A DNA stretch of 64,000 nt from positions 576,001 through 640,000 of the forward strand of contig JBDRZU010000001.1 of the NCBI GenBank assembly GCA_039804105.1, given 5' to 3'. The notes under the pieces were generated by a model. The model had not been told where the DNA came from. It made no database searches and saw only the letters and a list, made by a program, of their open reading frames with translations. The stretch comes from a candidate division WOR-3 bacterium (GTDB lineage: Bacteria > Hydrothermota > 32-111). Made by a program: the position numbers and the translations under genes. This document shows, in pieces, positions 40,544 to 50,900 of this stretch. Each line of letters opens with the position of its first letter. The stretch's first letter is position 1.

Positions 40544-41671
40544 TCATAACTGCCATTTAACAGGTATTTTGATAAAACCCAAATGTGTTTTTCTTTCTCC
40601 AACAATTTCAAAAGAAGAAGCAAAATCTATATGATCGTAAGGGAATCTGTTATGAACATCATAGAATGCAACAGAAATATAATATTTACCTGGGTTCAGG
40701 TTTAAAGGATTAAAAGAAAAACTTATTTCACCATAATCTTTAAGATCAACATATCTTCCTTCATAATCATAGATATTTGGTCCAGATATGATATTTGAAA
40801 ATTGATCTGTTATAGAAAACCCAAAGATTCCCTTATCTACTTTTCCATTTTTTTTATATCTGACCTTAAAAGATATTTCCTTTCTCTCGAAAGAAGAATA
40901 TCTATTGTTTTCGCATATTATTTCAACTATCTCTATCTCTCTGCTTCCTCTCCTTATTATATTTTTTGACGGATCATTCTCTTTTTTCGAAAGATAATTT
41001 GAAACAACTTCTTCAGGATTCCCAATGTCAACTAATTCTCCATTTTCAAGAAGAGCTACTCTATCCGAAAATCTTGAGATCAAACCCATATCATGTGAAA
41101 CAAAAAGGATCGTAATTCCTTCATTTTTTAGATTCTCAACTTTTTCAAGACATTTCCTCTGAAAATGGATATCTCCAACTGCGAGGACTTCATCTATAAT
41201 GAGTATTTCAGGATTTGAAAATATAGCAACAGAAAATCCCAATCTAACGTACATCCCTGTTGAATATTCTTTTACTTTCATATCAATATAATTCCCCAAT
41301 TCCGAAAACTCAACAATTTTATCGTATATTGATTTTATATATTTTTTTGAAAATCCCATAATTGTTCCATAAAGAAAGATGTTCTCCTTACCTGATAGTT
41401 CAGGATTGAATCCAATTCCAAGACCAAGGAAAGGAGAAACTTTGCCATAGACCCTCACACTACCTTTATCAGGTTTTAAAATTTTTGATACTATCGATAA
41501 CAGAGTTGTTTTTCCAGAACCGTTAGCACCTATTATGGAAAAAAACTCATTTTTTGAAATATCAAAAGAAATATTTTTTAAAGCTTCAATTTTTTTCTTT
41601 TTAAGAAGACCAATATTGGGATAGTATGTTAAAGAAACATTTTTTAAAGATACAACAAAATTGCTTCTCAT
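40544..41671 (-). CDS. wzt: Polysaccharide ABC exporter ATPase with C-terminal carbohydrate-binding domain
   Basis: GANGSGKT, YSTGMYVRLGFS, DEVLAVGD, C-terminal extension. Confidence 0.9.
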   Translation of the reverse strand: MRSNFVVSLKNVSLTYYPNIGLLKKKKIEALKNISFDISKNEFFSIIGANGSGKTTLLSIVSKILKPDKGSVRVYGKVSPFLGLGIGFNPELSGKENIFLYGTIMGFSKKYIKSIYDKIVEFSELGNYIDMKVKEYSTGMYVRLGFSVAIFSNPEILIIDEVLAVGDIHFQRKCLEKVENLKNEGITILFVSHDMGLISRFSDRVALLENGELVDIGNPEEVVSNYLSKKENDPSKNIIRRGSREIEIVEIICENNRYSSFERKEISFKVRYKKNGKVDKGIFGFSITDQFSNIISGPNIYDYEGRYVDLKDYGEISFSFNPLNLNPGKYYISVAFYDVHNRFPYDHIDFASSFEIVGERKTHLGFIKIPVKWQL

Positions 41672-42420
41672 AAACTCTTTACCACCCTGTCCTCATAAAT
41701 AGTAAATATGAGGTATCCAAAAAGTGCAAAAATGATTGAAAAGAAAATGGAGTTTATCGTAACAGTTATATCCGGTAAATTTGAATAAAAAAGGATGTTC
41801 TGTATCCCTATAACATAAACAGCAACAGGGTTTAAAAGATAAAGATGAATAAAGTTGTAAGGCACAAGTTCAAATGGATAAAATATAGGACATAGAAAAA
41901 ATAATGCCTGAACAAGTATCTCCCACCCAGCCTTAATATCCCTGAAAAAAACATAAATTACAGAAAGAATTGTTGATATACCAAAAAGAAAAAATGAAAA
42001 TATTATAATATAGGGAATAAAAAATAAGAAAACATAAGGAAAAGACCTGTTTATAACAATAAAGAAAATGATGTAAATGATATATTCAAAAAAAACTATT
42101 ATAAGATTTGAAATCACAAGCGATAAAGGTAAAATTAACCTTTCAATTTTAACCTTTAAAACCAACTCTCTGTTTCTGTTGAACAACTGCAAAGATTGTG
42201 TTGTTGTATTGACAAAAAATCTCCACAAAGTTGTTCCGGCAAGTATAAAAAGTGGATAATTTTTCATGTTGAATCTCATGAACCTGTTAAAAACGATATA
42301 GATAATGAGCATCAAAAAAAGAGGTTCAAAAATTATCCAGAAAAAACCCAGTAAGGAATTTTTATATTTGGTTTTGAGATCAGATTTTATAAGTTCAACT
42401 ATTAGATCAATATTTATCAT
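41668..42420 (-). CDS. wzm: Polysaccharide ABC exporter permease
   Basis: KYKNSLLGFFW..P, FRDI, PIFYP, LNP. Confidence 0.9.
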   Translation of the reverse strand: MINIDLIVELIKSDLKTKYKNSLLGFFWIIFEPLFLMLIIYIVFNRFMRFNMKNYPLFILAGTTLWRFFVNTTTQSLQLFNRNRELVLKVKIERLILPLSLVISNLIIVFFEYIIYIIFFIVINRSFPYVFLFFIPYIIIFSFFLFGISTILSVIYVFFRDIKAGWEILVQALFFLCPIFYPFELVPYNFIHLYLLNPVAVYVIGIQNILFYSNLPDITVTINSIFFSIIFALFGYLIFTIYEDRVVKSL

Positions 42421-42426
42421 AAATGT

Positions 42427-42454
42427 ATTTTAACAGAGATTATTTATCAGTCAA
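42427..42454 (-). promoter_or_regulatory. sigma70-type promoter for wzm, leaderless arrangement
   Basis: TTGACT-16-TAAAAT-6 nt-ATG 42420. Confidence 0.65.
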
Positions 42455-42507
42455 GAACGTAATCAGGTTGTATTGACTATTTAACTATGTTATGTTATAA
42501 ATAAATT

Positions 42508-43293
42508 ATGATTAGAGTTGGAGTTAATGGTTGTGCTGGAAAGATGGGAAGCATCTTATGTTATAAAATCCTTCATGAGGATGATATTGTATTAACAGAA
42601 GCATTTGAAAAAGCAGGTTCAGAATTCATTGGTATGGATCTTGGCATAGTTCTTGGGATTGAAGAGTGGAAATTGACTATAAAAGAACTATCAGTATCAG
42701 AAAAATACAAAATTGATATTCTTGTTGATTTTTCGACAGAAGATGGTTTTTTAAATTCTCTCGAGCACTCTTTTGCCCAAAAAATTCCTTTCATCTCTGG
42801 AACAACCGGACTCTCAAAAGAAAGTTTAAAAAAGATGAAAAATTATTCCAAAGAGATTCCAATCCTATACTCATCAAATATGTCAACTGGTATAAACTCA
42901 ATTTTAAACGCATTAGATGATCTGAAAGATATCCTTAACGACAGAAAAAGGGATATTGAAATAATTGAGTATCACCATAACAAAAAAAAGGACTCCCCAA
43001 GTGGAACAGCAATTATGATAGCAGAAAAAATCTCAGAACTTACAAAAAGAGGAATCAACAAAACTGGAACAGTAACTTTTCCGAGAAATGATGAAATCAG
43101 AATACATTCTTTAAGACTTGGGGAAATATATGGTTATCATAAAGTGATAATTTCTGGAAACGGTGAAACAATCGAAATTTCACATACAGCACTATCAAGA
43201 GAGACTTTTGCGAATGGAGTTATTGAAAGCATAAAGTTTTTATCGAATAAAAAGAATGGCTTATACTCACTCTCAGACATCAAAAGGAGATAA
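42508..43293 (+). CDS. dapB: 4-hydroxy-tetrahydrodipicolinate reductase
   Basis: GCAGKMG, GTTG, EYHHNKKKDSPSGTA. Confidence 0.95.
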   Translation: MIRVGVNGCAGKMGSILCYKILHEDDIVLTEAFEKAGSEFIGMDLGIVLGIEEWKLTIKELSVSEKYKIDILVDFSTEDGFLNSLEHSFAQKIPFISGTTGLSKESLKKMKNYSKEIPILYSSNMSTGINSILNALDDLKDILNDRKRDIEIIEYHHNKKKDSPSGTAIMIAEKISELTKRGINKTGTVTFPRNDEIRIHSLRLGEIYGYHKVIISGNGETIEISHTALSRETFANGVIESIKFLSNKKNGLYSLSDIKRR

Positions 43294-43294
43294 A

Positions 43295-44440
43295 ATGTTT
43301 TCTCAAAATCTTGAAAAACTTCCACCTTACCTTTTTGATCAAATTGATAAAATGAAAAAAAGTATAAAAAATCCTATAGATTTTGGAGTGGGAGATCCTG
43401 ATCTACCAACACCTAAAATCATTGTTGATGAGATGATCAAAAATGTTAAAAAATCAGAATATCATAAATATCCACCATATGAAGGCATTTCTGAATTAAA
43501 AAAAGAGATCTCAATCTATTTTAAAAAAAGGTTTTCTGTAAATGTTGATCCAGATAAAGAGATACTCGTTTTAATAGGTTCAAAAGAAGGTATCGCACAT
43601 TCACTTGAAGCATTTTTGAATAAGGGAGATAAAGTTTTAATACCTTCAATATGTTATCCGGTTTATAAAAATCAAACGATTTTAAAAGGTGGAATTCCGG
43701 TAGAATACAAAATAAAATATGAGAACAATTTTATACCCGATTTAGAAGAAATTGAAAAAAAGATTGATGAAAAAACAAAAATTCTTTTTTTAAACTATCC
43801 TAACAATCCAACTGGAACAAAAGTGAAAAAAGGATTTTATGATGATATATACGAACTCTGTTCAAAAAAAAACATATTCGTATTGAACGACAATGTTTAT
43901 TCTGAAATATATTTTGATGATGATCCTCCACCATCTTTTTTCCAATCTGATAGAAACAAGGATATTTCCTGCGAATTTCATTCTTTTTCCAAAGTTTTTA
44001 ATATGACTGGCTGGAGGATTGGCTTCATGGTTGGGAATCAAAAAATGATAGAAACAGTAAAAAAAATAAAAACGAACACAGATTCTGGAGTTTTTATTCC
44101 TATACAGTTTGCTGCAATTAAAGGTTTAAAAAACTTTGAAAAGATTAAAAAGGATAACATAAAGGTATACAAAAAAAGGATGGAAATAATTTCACAGGAA
44201 CTTTACAGAAAAGGTTTTGAATTTCATAAACCGGTCGCAACTTATTACCTCTTCTCAAAAACTTTGAAAAATATGGATTCTTTATCTTTTACAAAATTAC
44301 TTCTAAAAAAAACAGGTATAGTCACAACACCTGGAATAGGTTTTGGAAAAGATGGTGATGGTTTTATAAGATTTTCTATAACTCTGAACGAAAAAGATTT
44401 TTATAGAGGAATAGAAAAAATAAAAAGATTAAAAATTTAA
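43295..44440 (+). CDS. dapL: LL-diaminopimelate aminotransferase-like class I PLP enzyme
   Basis: LPPYLF, GVGDPD, GSKEG, NYPNNPTG, SFSKVFNMTGWRIG; lies between dapB and lysC. Confidence 0.75.
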   Translation: MFSQNLEKLPPYLFDQIDKMKKSIKNPIDFGVGDPDLPTPKIIVDEMIKNVKKSEYHKYPPYEGISELKKEISIYFKKRFSVNVDPDKEILVLIGSKEGIAHSLEAFLNKGDKVLIPSICYPVYKNQTILKGGIPVEYKIKYENNFIPDLEEIEKKIDEKTKILFLNYPNNPTGTKVKKGFYDDIYELCSKKNIFVLNDNVYSEIYFDDDPPPSFFQSDRNKDISCEFHSFSKVFNMTGWRIGFMVGNQKMIETVKKIKTNTDSGVFIPIQFAAIKGLKNFEKIKKDNIKVYKKRMEIISQELYRKGFEFHKPVATYYLFSKTLKNMDSLSFTKLLLKKTGIVTTPGIGFGKDGDGFIRFSITLNEKDFYRGIEKIKRLKI

Positions 44441-45616
44441 ATGGCTTTAATAGTAAAAAAATTCGGCGGAACATCTCTTGCAACACCAGATCTGATAAAA
44501 CATCTTGCAAAGAAAGTTGCTCTGGATATTAAATCTGGGAACAAAGTTGTTGTTGTCGTTTCTGCAATGGGTAAAACAACAAATGAACTTATATCGATGG
44601 CAAAATCTTTAACCTCTAATCCAGATCAAAGAGAAATGGACATGCTTTTGACAGCAGGCGAAAGAATATCGATGGCACTATTTTCAATGGCTTTGAATTC
44701 ACTTGATATAAAAGCATACTCTTTCACAGGTTCTCAGGTTGGAATCATAACAACATCAACTCACACAGATGCCAAAATTATTACAGTAAAAGGGGAAAGG
44801 TTACTTGAAGCGTTATCAAATGGAATAACTCCTATAATTGCTGGATTTCAAGGGATATCTTCTACAAAAGAGATCACAACTCTTGGAAGAGGAGGTTCAG
44901 ACACAACTGCGGTTGCAATCGCCGCTTTTTTGAAAGCAGATCTATGTGAGATCTATACCGATGTTGATGGTGTCTATAAAGTGGATCCAAGGATTGTTCC
45001 TGAATCAAAAATAATAAAAAAAATATCTTATGATGAAATGCTTTTGATGTCACATTTGGGTTCGAAAGTTTTACATCCAAGATCAGTTGAAATAGCTAAA
45101 AAATATAAGATACCGATTGCTGTAAAATCATCTTTTAATGAAGGAGAAGGAACGATGGTAACCAACATAGAAAACATTGAATCTTCAGGTGTAAATAGTA
45201 TAAGCGTGAAGGATGATCTCGCACTTGTGAGTATGAAAACCGGGGATTTGGGTCTTGTTAAATTTTTGAACGACCTAAACGAAAAGGATTTAAGAATCGA
45301 ACTATTTATCACAAAAAGTTTGGAAAATATCTCACTTGTGATCTCCCAAGATAAAGTCAACGATCTTTTACCTCTTGTTGAAAACTTTTCAAACTCTTTG
45401 AGTGTCAGTAGCGATATCTCTTTAATATCACTTATAGGAGAAGGTATTTCAGAGGATAAAAATATTATTAAAACGATAATCGAAATAGTTTCAAAATATG
45501 ATAAGGATATCTTTGGGATATTCACCAATAAAATTTCTTACACGATAGTTACAAAAAAAGCTTACAAAGAAAAAATTGTTAAAGAGGTAGGTAAAAGATT
45601 TGAACTCATCAAATAG
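44441..45616 (+). CDS. lysC: Aspartate kinase
   Basis: KFGGTS, VVSAMG, LGRGGSDTTA, TDVDGVY. Confidence 0.95.
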   Translation: MALIVKKFGGTSLATPDLIKHLAKKVALDIKSGNKVVVVVSAMGKTTNELISMAKSLTSNPDQREMDMLLTAGERISMALFSMALNSLDIKAYSFTGSQVGIITTSTHTDAKIITVKGERLLEALSNGITPIIAGFQGISSTKEITTLGRGGSDTTAVAIAAFLKADLCEIYTDVDGVYKVDPRIVPESKIIKKISYDEMLLMSHLGSKVLHPRSVEIAKKYKIPIAVKSSFNEGEGTMVTNIENIESSGVNSISVKDDLALVSMKTGDLGLVKFLNDLNEKDLRIELFITKSLENISLVISQDKVNDLLPLVENFSNSLSVSSDISLISLIGEGISEDKNIIKTIIEIVSKYDKDIFGIFTNKISYTIVTKKAYKEKIVKEVGKRFELIK

Positions 45617-46577
45617 AAGTGCTAATATCGCTCTTGTAGGAGCAACAGGTCTTGTTGGAAGAGAATTTTTAAAACTTGTTGAGGAAAGGGATTTCCCCTT
45701 TAAAGATTTATATCTTTTTTCTTCAAAAAAAAGTGCTGGAACAAAACTCAAAATAAAAGGTAAAATCTATACTGTAAAAGAGTTTAATAAAAATGATTTT
45801 CAAAATATCGATCTTGCATTCTTTGCTACTTCTGCTGAAGAATCTATAAAATATATAGGAGAGATTAAAAAATTTAAAACGGTTTGCATAGACAATTCTT
45901 CAGCTTTTAGATTGAAAAAAAATATCCCCCTTGTGGTCCCTGAAATAAATTTTAATACGATAAACAATAGAACAAAAATAATAGCAAATCCAAACTGTTC
46001 AACGATACAACTCGTTTTGGTATTAAACAGTTTGTTAACAATAGAAAATATACATTCTGTAAATGTTTCAACATATCAGGCAATATCAGGTGCAGGGAAA
46101 GATGCTTTGACAAAATTCTTCGAACAAAAAGATGGGAAATATAAAAAGGGAGAACCAGTTTTTTTCAATAATCTTATACAGCATATCGGAAATTATAAGA
46201 AAGATTGGTGCGAAGAGGAAAACAAAATAATCAATGAAACAAGGAAAATTTTAAACAATTATAGTTTGAATGTTTCAGCGACAACAATAAGAGTTCCAAT
46301 TATAAATTCTCATACTGAGGTTGTTACAGTAGAATTCAAAAGAAAAATTAATTTTAAAAAGATAGTTGATGTTTTGCAAAAAACTCCATATCTGATACTT
46401 TTGAAAGAAACTGACCCTATCTCCGTATCTGGCACTAACCTTGTTTTTGTTTCCCGATTAAGAAAGGATAAATTTTTTAACAACAGAATCCATTTCATTA
46501 TCACTGCTGACAACTTAAGAATAGGTGCTGCACTCAACGGTATAAAAATAGCCGAAAGGATAATATATGAGAGTTAA
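45600..46577 (+). CDS. asd: Aspartate-semialdehyde dehydrogenase
   Basis: GATGLVG, DNSSAFR, IANPNCST, YQAISGAG, DNLRIGAALN. Confidence 0.95.
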   Translation: MNSSNRSANIALVGATGLVGREFLKLVEERDFPFKDLYLFSSKKSAGTKLKIKGKIYTVKEFNKNDFQNIDLAFFATSAEESIKYIGEIKKFKTVCIDNSSAFRLKKNIPLVVPEINFNTINNRTKIIANPNCSTIQLVLVLNSLLTIENIHSVNVSTYQAISGAGKDALTKFFEQKDGKYKKGEPVFFNNLIQHIGNYKKDWCEEENKIINETRKILNNYSLNVSATTIRVPIINSHTEVVTVEFKRKINFKKIVDVLQKTPYLILLKETDPISVSGTNLVFVSRLRKDKFFNNRIHFIITADNLRIGAALNGIKIAERIIYES

Positions 46578-47727
46578 AATAATTCTTTTTGTTTTGTTTC
46601 TTCTAAACATTTACCTTTTTTCAGCTTTCGAGGATGCTATCATTATCTCTGAAATAAATATAGATTCAACCAACATTCCATATTTAAATTTGAATATCGA
46701 AATACCATCAAAAGATATAATCTTTTTAAAGGATAGCTTAGGGTACTACTCAAAAATAAATATAATATTCACTTTTTTAAAAGGAAATGACAACCCAATA
46801 CTTTCAAAAGAAATAGATACAACAATCAAATATGATACTTTCCCATCATCTTTTGATACACTGACAATTAAATTTAAAAACATCTCTTTAAATCTTCCAG
46901 AGGAAACTAAAAAATTAGTAATCAATATTCTTGATAAGAAAACCGATAGATCAAAAAATTTTATTTTCAAAGTCGAGATACCCCAAATACCACAGACAGG
47001 TAACTATCTCAAAAGTTTTTCAATAATAAATGGAACAAATGGTTCCTTTTTTGCTGGAGAAACGATAAAAATGGAAACGAACTTAATTAAAAGAAATGAA
47101 AAAAATGGAAACTATAATCTTTTGATAATCGATCAAAATGAAAGAATAGTTTTTAAGAAAAAATTTACATCGAAAAACTTAATCGATACACTAATGGTAG
47201 TCAAAGAATTTTATGGTGGGAAATACAGGTTAAAAATCGAGTACATTGAAGATAATAAAATTATAAATTTTCTAACAAAAGACCTCTTTATAAAATTCTC
47301 ATTCATAAATTCAGAAAACGAGTTTCAGGATATTTTAAACGCTCTATCTTACATTGCTAAATGGGATGAATTAGATAAACTAAAAAAATCTACAAAAGAA
47401 AATAGAGAGGAAGAATGGAACAGATTTTGGATAAAACAAATTTCAGAACCTGTAATTACAACGAATATTTCCTACGCTGAATTTATGGACAGATACAATT
47501 ACGCGAACAAAAATTTTTCAGGATTCAAAAAAGGTTATAGAACAGATTTTGGAAGGATATTTATAATTTATGGGAAACCTGATGAAATTGAAAGACATCC
47601 ATTCGATAAGGATAGTAAGCCATATGAGATCTGGTATTATTACAAGAACAACATTCAGTTTATCTTTGTTGATGTGAACGGTTATGGAGAATATGTTTTA
47701 CAGAATTATCTTGAACAGTTGAGGTGA
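46567..47727 (+). CDS. GWxTD-domain exported protein
   Basis: Signal peptide; RYNYAN..F...GYRTDFGRIFIIYGKPD..EIWYY..FVD..GYGEY. Confidence 0.85.
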   Translation: MRVKIILFVLFLLNIYLFSAFEDAIIISEINIDSTNIPYLNLNIEIPSKDIIFLKDSLGYYSKINIIFTFLKGNDNPILSKEIDTTIKYDTFPSSFDTLTIKFKNISLNLPEETKKLVINILDKKTDRSKNFIFKVEIPQIPQTGNYLKSFSIINGTNGSFFAGETIKMETNLIKRNEKNGNYNLLIIDQNERIVFKKKFTSKNLIDTLMVVKEFYGGKYRLKIEYIEDNKIINFLTKDLFIKFSFINSENEFQDILNALSYIAKWDELDKLKKSTKENREEEWNRFWIKQISEPVITTNISYAEFMDRYNYANKNFSGFKKGYRTDFGRIFIIYGKPDEIERHPFDKDSKPYEIWYYYKNNIQFIFVDVNGYGEYVLQNYLEQLR

Positions 47728-49043
47728 ATATGAGAATCTTTACAATTTTGATTTTGACATTTTTTTCAATCAATATTTTTGCAAACTATGATGTATCGAT
47801 TACATCTTTTAAAGCACAAGATAATATACATCAAATATTCTATGATATCCAGTTTTACGCAAAGGATATAACATATAAAAATGTCGATGGTAAAAATACT
47901 GGAATTTTACACTTTAAAATTTTTGTTAAAAACCTTGAAACATCACAGGAAATATATGATGAGTGGAATTCGAAATCTTATATATCACAATCTGAGCAAC
48001 TCAACAGAGAAATGTTCCTTCTCGATAGATCTTCCTTTATACTCTCCCCTGCAAAATATGAAATAAGAAGTTTGATAGTTGATTCTTTTTCAAAAAAGGA
48101 ATTCTCAAAAATTGATACAATAATTTTAGAGCCTTTTGATAGCAAACCAACAATTTCAAATATCCTTGTTGGATACACCGTAAAAAAAGATTCTATGGAA
48201 GGTAAATTTACGAGAAACGGATATTCGGTTACTCCAAATCCTTCTAAAATATTTACTCTTGTGAATCCTTTGATTTATCTATACTTCGAGATTTACAATT
48301 TACATAATAAAGAATATACACTTGATTATCTTATATATGACACTAAAGATTCTTTGATCACAACGATTAAAGGTGAAAAGAAAATATCTCCACCTTTCGA
48401 TTTTGTTGTGAATAACTTTTTCAACACTCTTGGGTTCAAAGATGGTAAGTACAGGCTAGATGTTAAAATTAAATATGATGATAAAGAAATTTCACAATCA
48501 ACAAATTTTGAAAAAATTTCAAATCTTTACCCGGGTAAAGAATCAAAATATATCCTTACAGAAGAGGAAATGAAATATTATTCTCTAATAGATTATATTG
48601 CAACCCCTTCCGAGTTGACACAGTTTAAATCTATAAAAGATGAAAAAGCAAAACATAATTTCCTTATAAATTTCTGGGAAAGAAGAGATATCGATAAAAC
48701 AAATGATAAACTCGAATCTTTGAAAGATTTTATTGTAAAAGTTAAATATGTTCGAAAAAATTTTTCATCAGGTGGTGAAGATGGTTATCTCTCAGCAAGA
48801 GGAAGAATATATTTAAAATATGGTCCACCAGACGAGACATTACTTGTCCCTATGAGCAAAGGATCAAAAAATTACGATTCATGGATTTATTATTCAAAAG
48901 GTGGAATGCAGTTCATCTTTATGGATATAAAAGGTTTCGGCAAATATGAACTTATCTACACGAATGTTATGGAAGAGGAAATACCCCAAAATTGGTCAAA
49001 TTATATTGATGATTACAATATAATCCAATTTTATAGAAACTAA
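47724..49043 (+). CDS. GWxTD-domain exported protein (divergent motif)
   Basis: Signal peptide; FWERRD...GYLSARGRIYLKYGPPD..WIY..FMD..GFGKY. Confidence 0.82.
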   Translation: MNMRIFTILILTFFSINIFANYDVSITSFKAQDNIHQIFYDIQFYAKDITYKNVDGKNTGILHFKIFVKNLETSQEIYDEWNSKSYISQSEQLNREMFLLDRSSFILSPAKYEIRSLIVDSFSKKEFSKIDTIILEPFDSKPTISNILVGYTVKKDSMEGKFTRNGYSVTPNPSKIFTLVNPLIYLYFEIYNLHNKEYTLDYLIYDTKDSLITTIKGEKKISPPFDFVVNNFFNTLGFKDGKYRLDVKIKYDDKEISQSTNFEKISNLYPGKESKYILTEEEMKYYSLIDYIATPSELTQFKSIKDEKAKHNFLINFWERRDIDKTNDKLESLKDFIVKVKYVRKNFSSGGEDGYLSARGRIYLKYGPPDETLLVPMSKGSKNYDSWIYYSKGGMQFIFMDIKGFGKYELIYTNVMEEEIPQNWSNYIDDYNIIQFYRN

Positions 49044-49044
49044 A

Positions 49045-50616
49045 ATGAAAAATTTCGATATTATAGTCGTCGGCTCTGGAATCGCTGGTTTGACATTCGC
49101 ATTCAAGATTGCCCCTTATGTTAACACTGTATGTTTGATAACCAAAAAAAGTATGGAGGATTCAAACACAAACTATGCTCAGGGAGGAATCGCTGCTGTT
49201 TTTGGAGAAGATGATTCTTTTGAACTTCACATAAAGGATACTATTGAAACTGGAAGATACCTTTCACATAAAGATGCTGTTGAAATAATGGTTATGAACG
49301 GTCCTAAACTTGTTATGGAACTCAAAGAACTTGGAGCAAAATTTGAAATAGACGAAAATGGGAAATTTAAACTGGGTAAAGAAGGTGGACATTCAAAAAG
49401 AAGGATCGTCCATGCAGGTGATTATACAGGATACGAGATAGAAAAAACACTTATAGAAAATATTAAAACCTACAACAACGTCTTGATGTTCACCAACCAT
49501 TTTGTCTGTGACCTGATAGTTGATGAGAACAATTTATGTCAGGGAGTTTATGTCCTTGATGTTGAAAAAAATGAAATAGAACCATATTTCTCTCAGTTCG
49601 TAGTGATCGCAACAGGCGGGTGTGGTCAGGTTTATAAATTCACAACAAATCCCATGATCGCAACAGGTGATGGGATAGCGATCTCATATCTTGCAAATGC
49701 TAAAATAGCAAATATGGAGTTTTTTCAATTTCATCCGACAGCTTTATACAACTCTGAAGAGATGGGAAGGTCTTTTTTGATATCTGAAGCTGTGAGAGGT
49801 GAAGGGGCTTTCCTAAAATTAAAAGATAATAGACAATTTATGCATAAATACAGTGAAAAAAAATCTCTTGCTCCAAGAGATATTGTTGCAAGAGCCATAG
49901 ATAACGAATTAAAACTTTCTGGAGAAGATTTCGTTTACCTTGATCTCTCTCCTTTCACAGAGAAAAAATTTAAGGATAGATTTCCAAAGATTTATGAAAA
50001 ATGCAAACAGATGAATATAAATGTTCCTTACGAACCGATACCCGTTGTTCCAGCAGCGCATTATTCATGCGGAGGCATTTATACTGATACATATGCAAGG
50101 AGTTCTATTAAAAACCTTTATGCAATAGGTGAAGCAGCATGTACAGGAGTTCATGGAGCTAACAGATTGGCATCAAATTCTTTACTGGAAGCTCTCGTTT
50201 TTGCCGATCAGGCTTTCCGTGATGTAAGAGAAAAATTGAAAGAACCTTTTGAAACCACCGTTCCAGGATTTTACAGTCAACCCAAACCTATAGATCAGGA
50301 AACAAAAGACATTTTAACTGAATTGAGAAAAAAACTTAAAGAGATAATGTGGAAGAAGGTTTCAATTGTGAAAACTGTAAAATCGTTAAAAGAAGCTGAT
50401 GAACAACTAAATATTCTTTCTGAAACATTTTTCAATCTTGAAAATTACAACACTGTTGAATATTTTGAAGTTAGAAATATGATAATAGTATCAAAAATAA
50501 TAATAAACTCAGCACTGAAAAGAAAAGAATCAAGAGGATTACATTTCGTAAAAGATTACCCTGAAGAGAAAAAGGAATATTTACAAGATACGATTATTCA
50601 AAAGGAGGTTTTATGA
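49045..50616 (+). CDS. nadB: L-aspartate oxidase
   Basis: GSGIAGL, YAQGGIAA, EGGHSKRRIVH, QFHPT, HGANRLASNSLLE, ESRGLH. Confidence 0.95.
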   Translation: MKNFDIIVVGSGIAGLTFAFKIAPYVNTVCLITKKSMEDSNTNYAQGGIAAVFGEDDSFELHIKDTIETGRYLSHKDAVEIMVMNGPKLVMELKELGAKFEIDENGKFKLGKEGGHSKRRIVHAGDYTGYEIEKTLIENIKTYNNVLMFTNHFVCDLIVDENNLCQGVYVLDVEKNEIEPYFSQFVVIATGGCGQVYKFTTNPMIATGDGIAISYLANAKIANMEFFQFHPTALYNSEEMGRSFLISEAVRGEGAFLKLKDNRQFMHKYSEKKSLAPRDIVARAIDNELKLSGEDFVYLDLSPFTEKKFKDRFPKIYEKCKQMNINVPYEPIPVVPAAHYSCGGIYTDTYARSSIKNLYAIGEAACTGVHGANRLASNSLLEALVFADQAFRDVREKLKEPFETTVPGFYSQPKPIDQETKDILTELRKKLKEIMWKKVSIVKTVKSLKEADEQLNILSETFFNLENYNTVEYFEVRNMIIVSKIIINSALKRKESRGLHFVKDYPEEKKEYLQDTIIQKEVL

Positions 50617-50900
50617 ATATAAGAATTACAGGTAAACATCTTGAAATTTCGCCTGAAATAAAAAATTTTATTGAAGAATCTCTTAAACACCTTGAAAAAT
50701 TTGAACATAACATAATCGATTGTAATGTTGTGATCGAACTTAATGGAAGGAGATATAAAGTTGAAATAGATATTGATGTGAAAAAACATAGATTCATTTC
50801 TTCAGATGAATCTTTCGATCTTATGACTTCGATAGATAAAGCGATAGATAAAATGAAAACCCAACTGAAAAAGTTTGAGGAGAAAAAACATGACAGATAA
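50613..50900 (+). CDS. hpf: Ribosome hibernation promoting factor (short HPF/RaiA)
   Basis: MNIRITGKHLEIS...SIDKAIDKMKTQLKKFEEK. Confidence 0.9.
   Translation: MNIRITGKHLEISPEIKNFIEESLKHLEKFEHNIIDCNVVIELNGRRYKVEIDIDVKKHRFISSDESFDLMTSIDKAIDKMKTQLKKFEEKKHDR

Noticed and set aside
42508..46577. Absence of dapA/dapF/lysA from the dap cluster as a novel lysine/DAP route
   Set aside because: These genes are often unlinked; cannot be judged from one window
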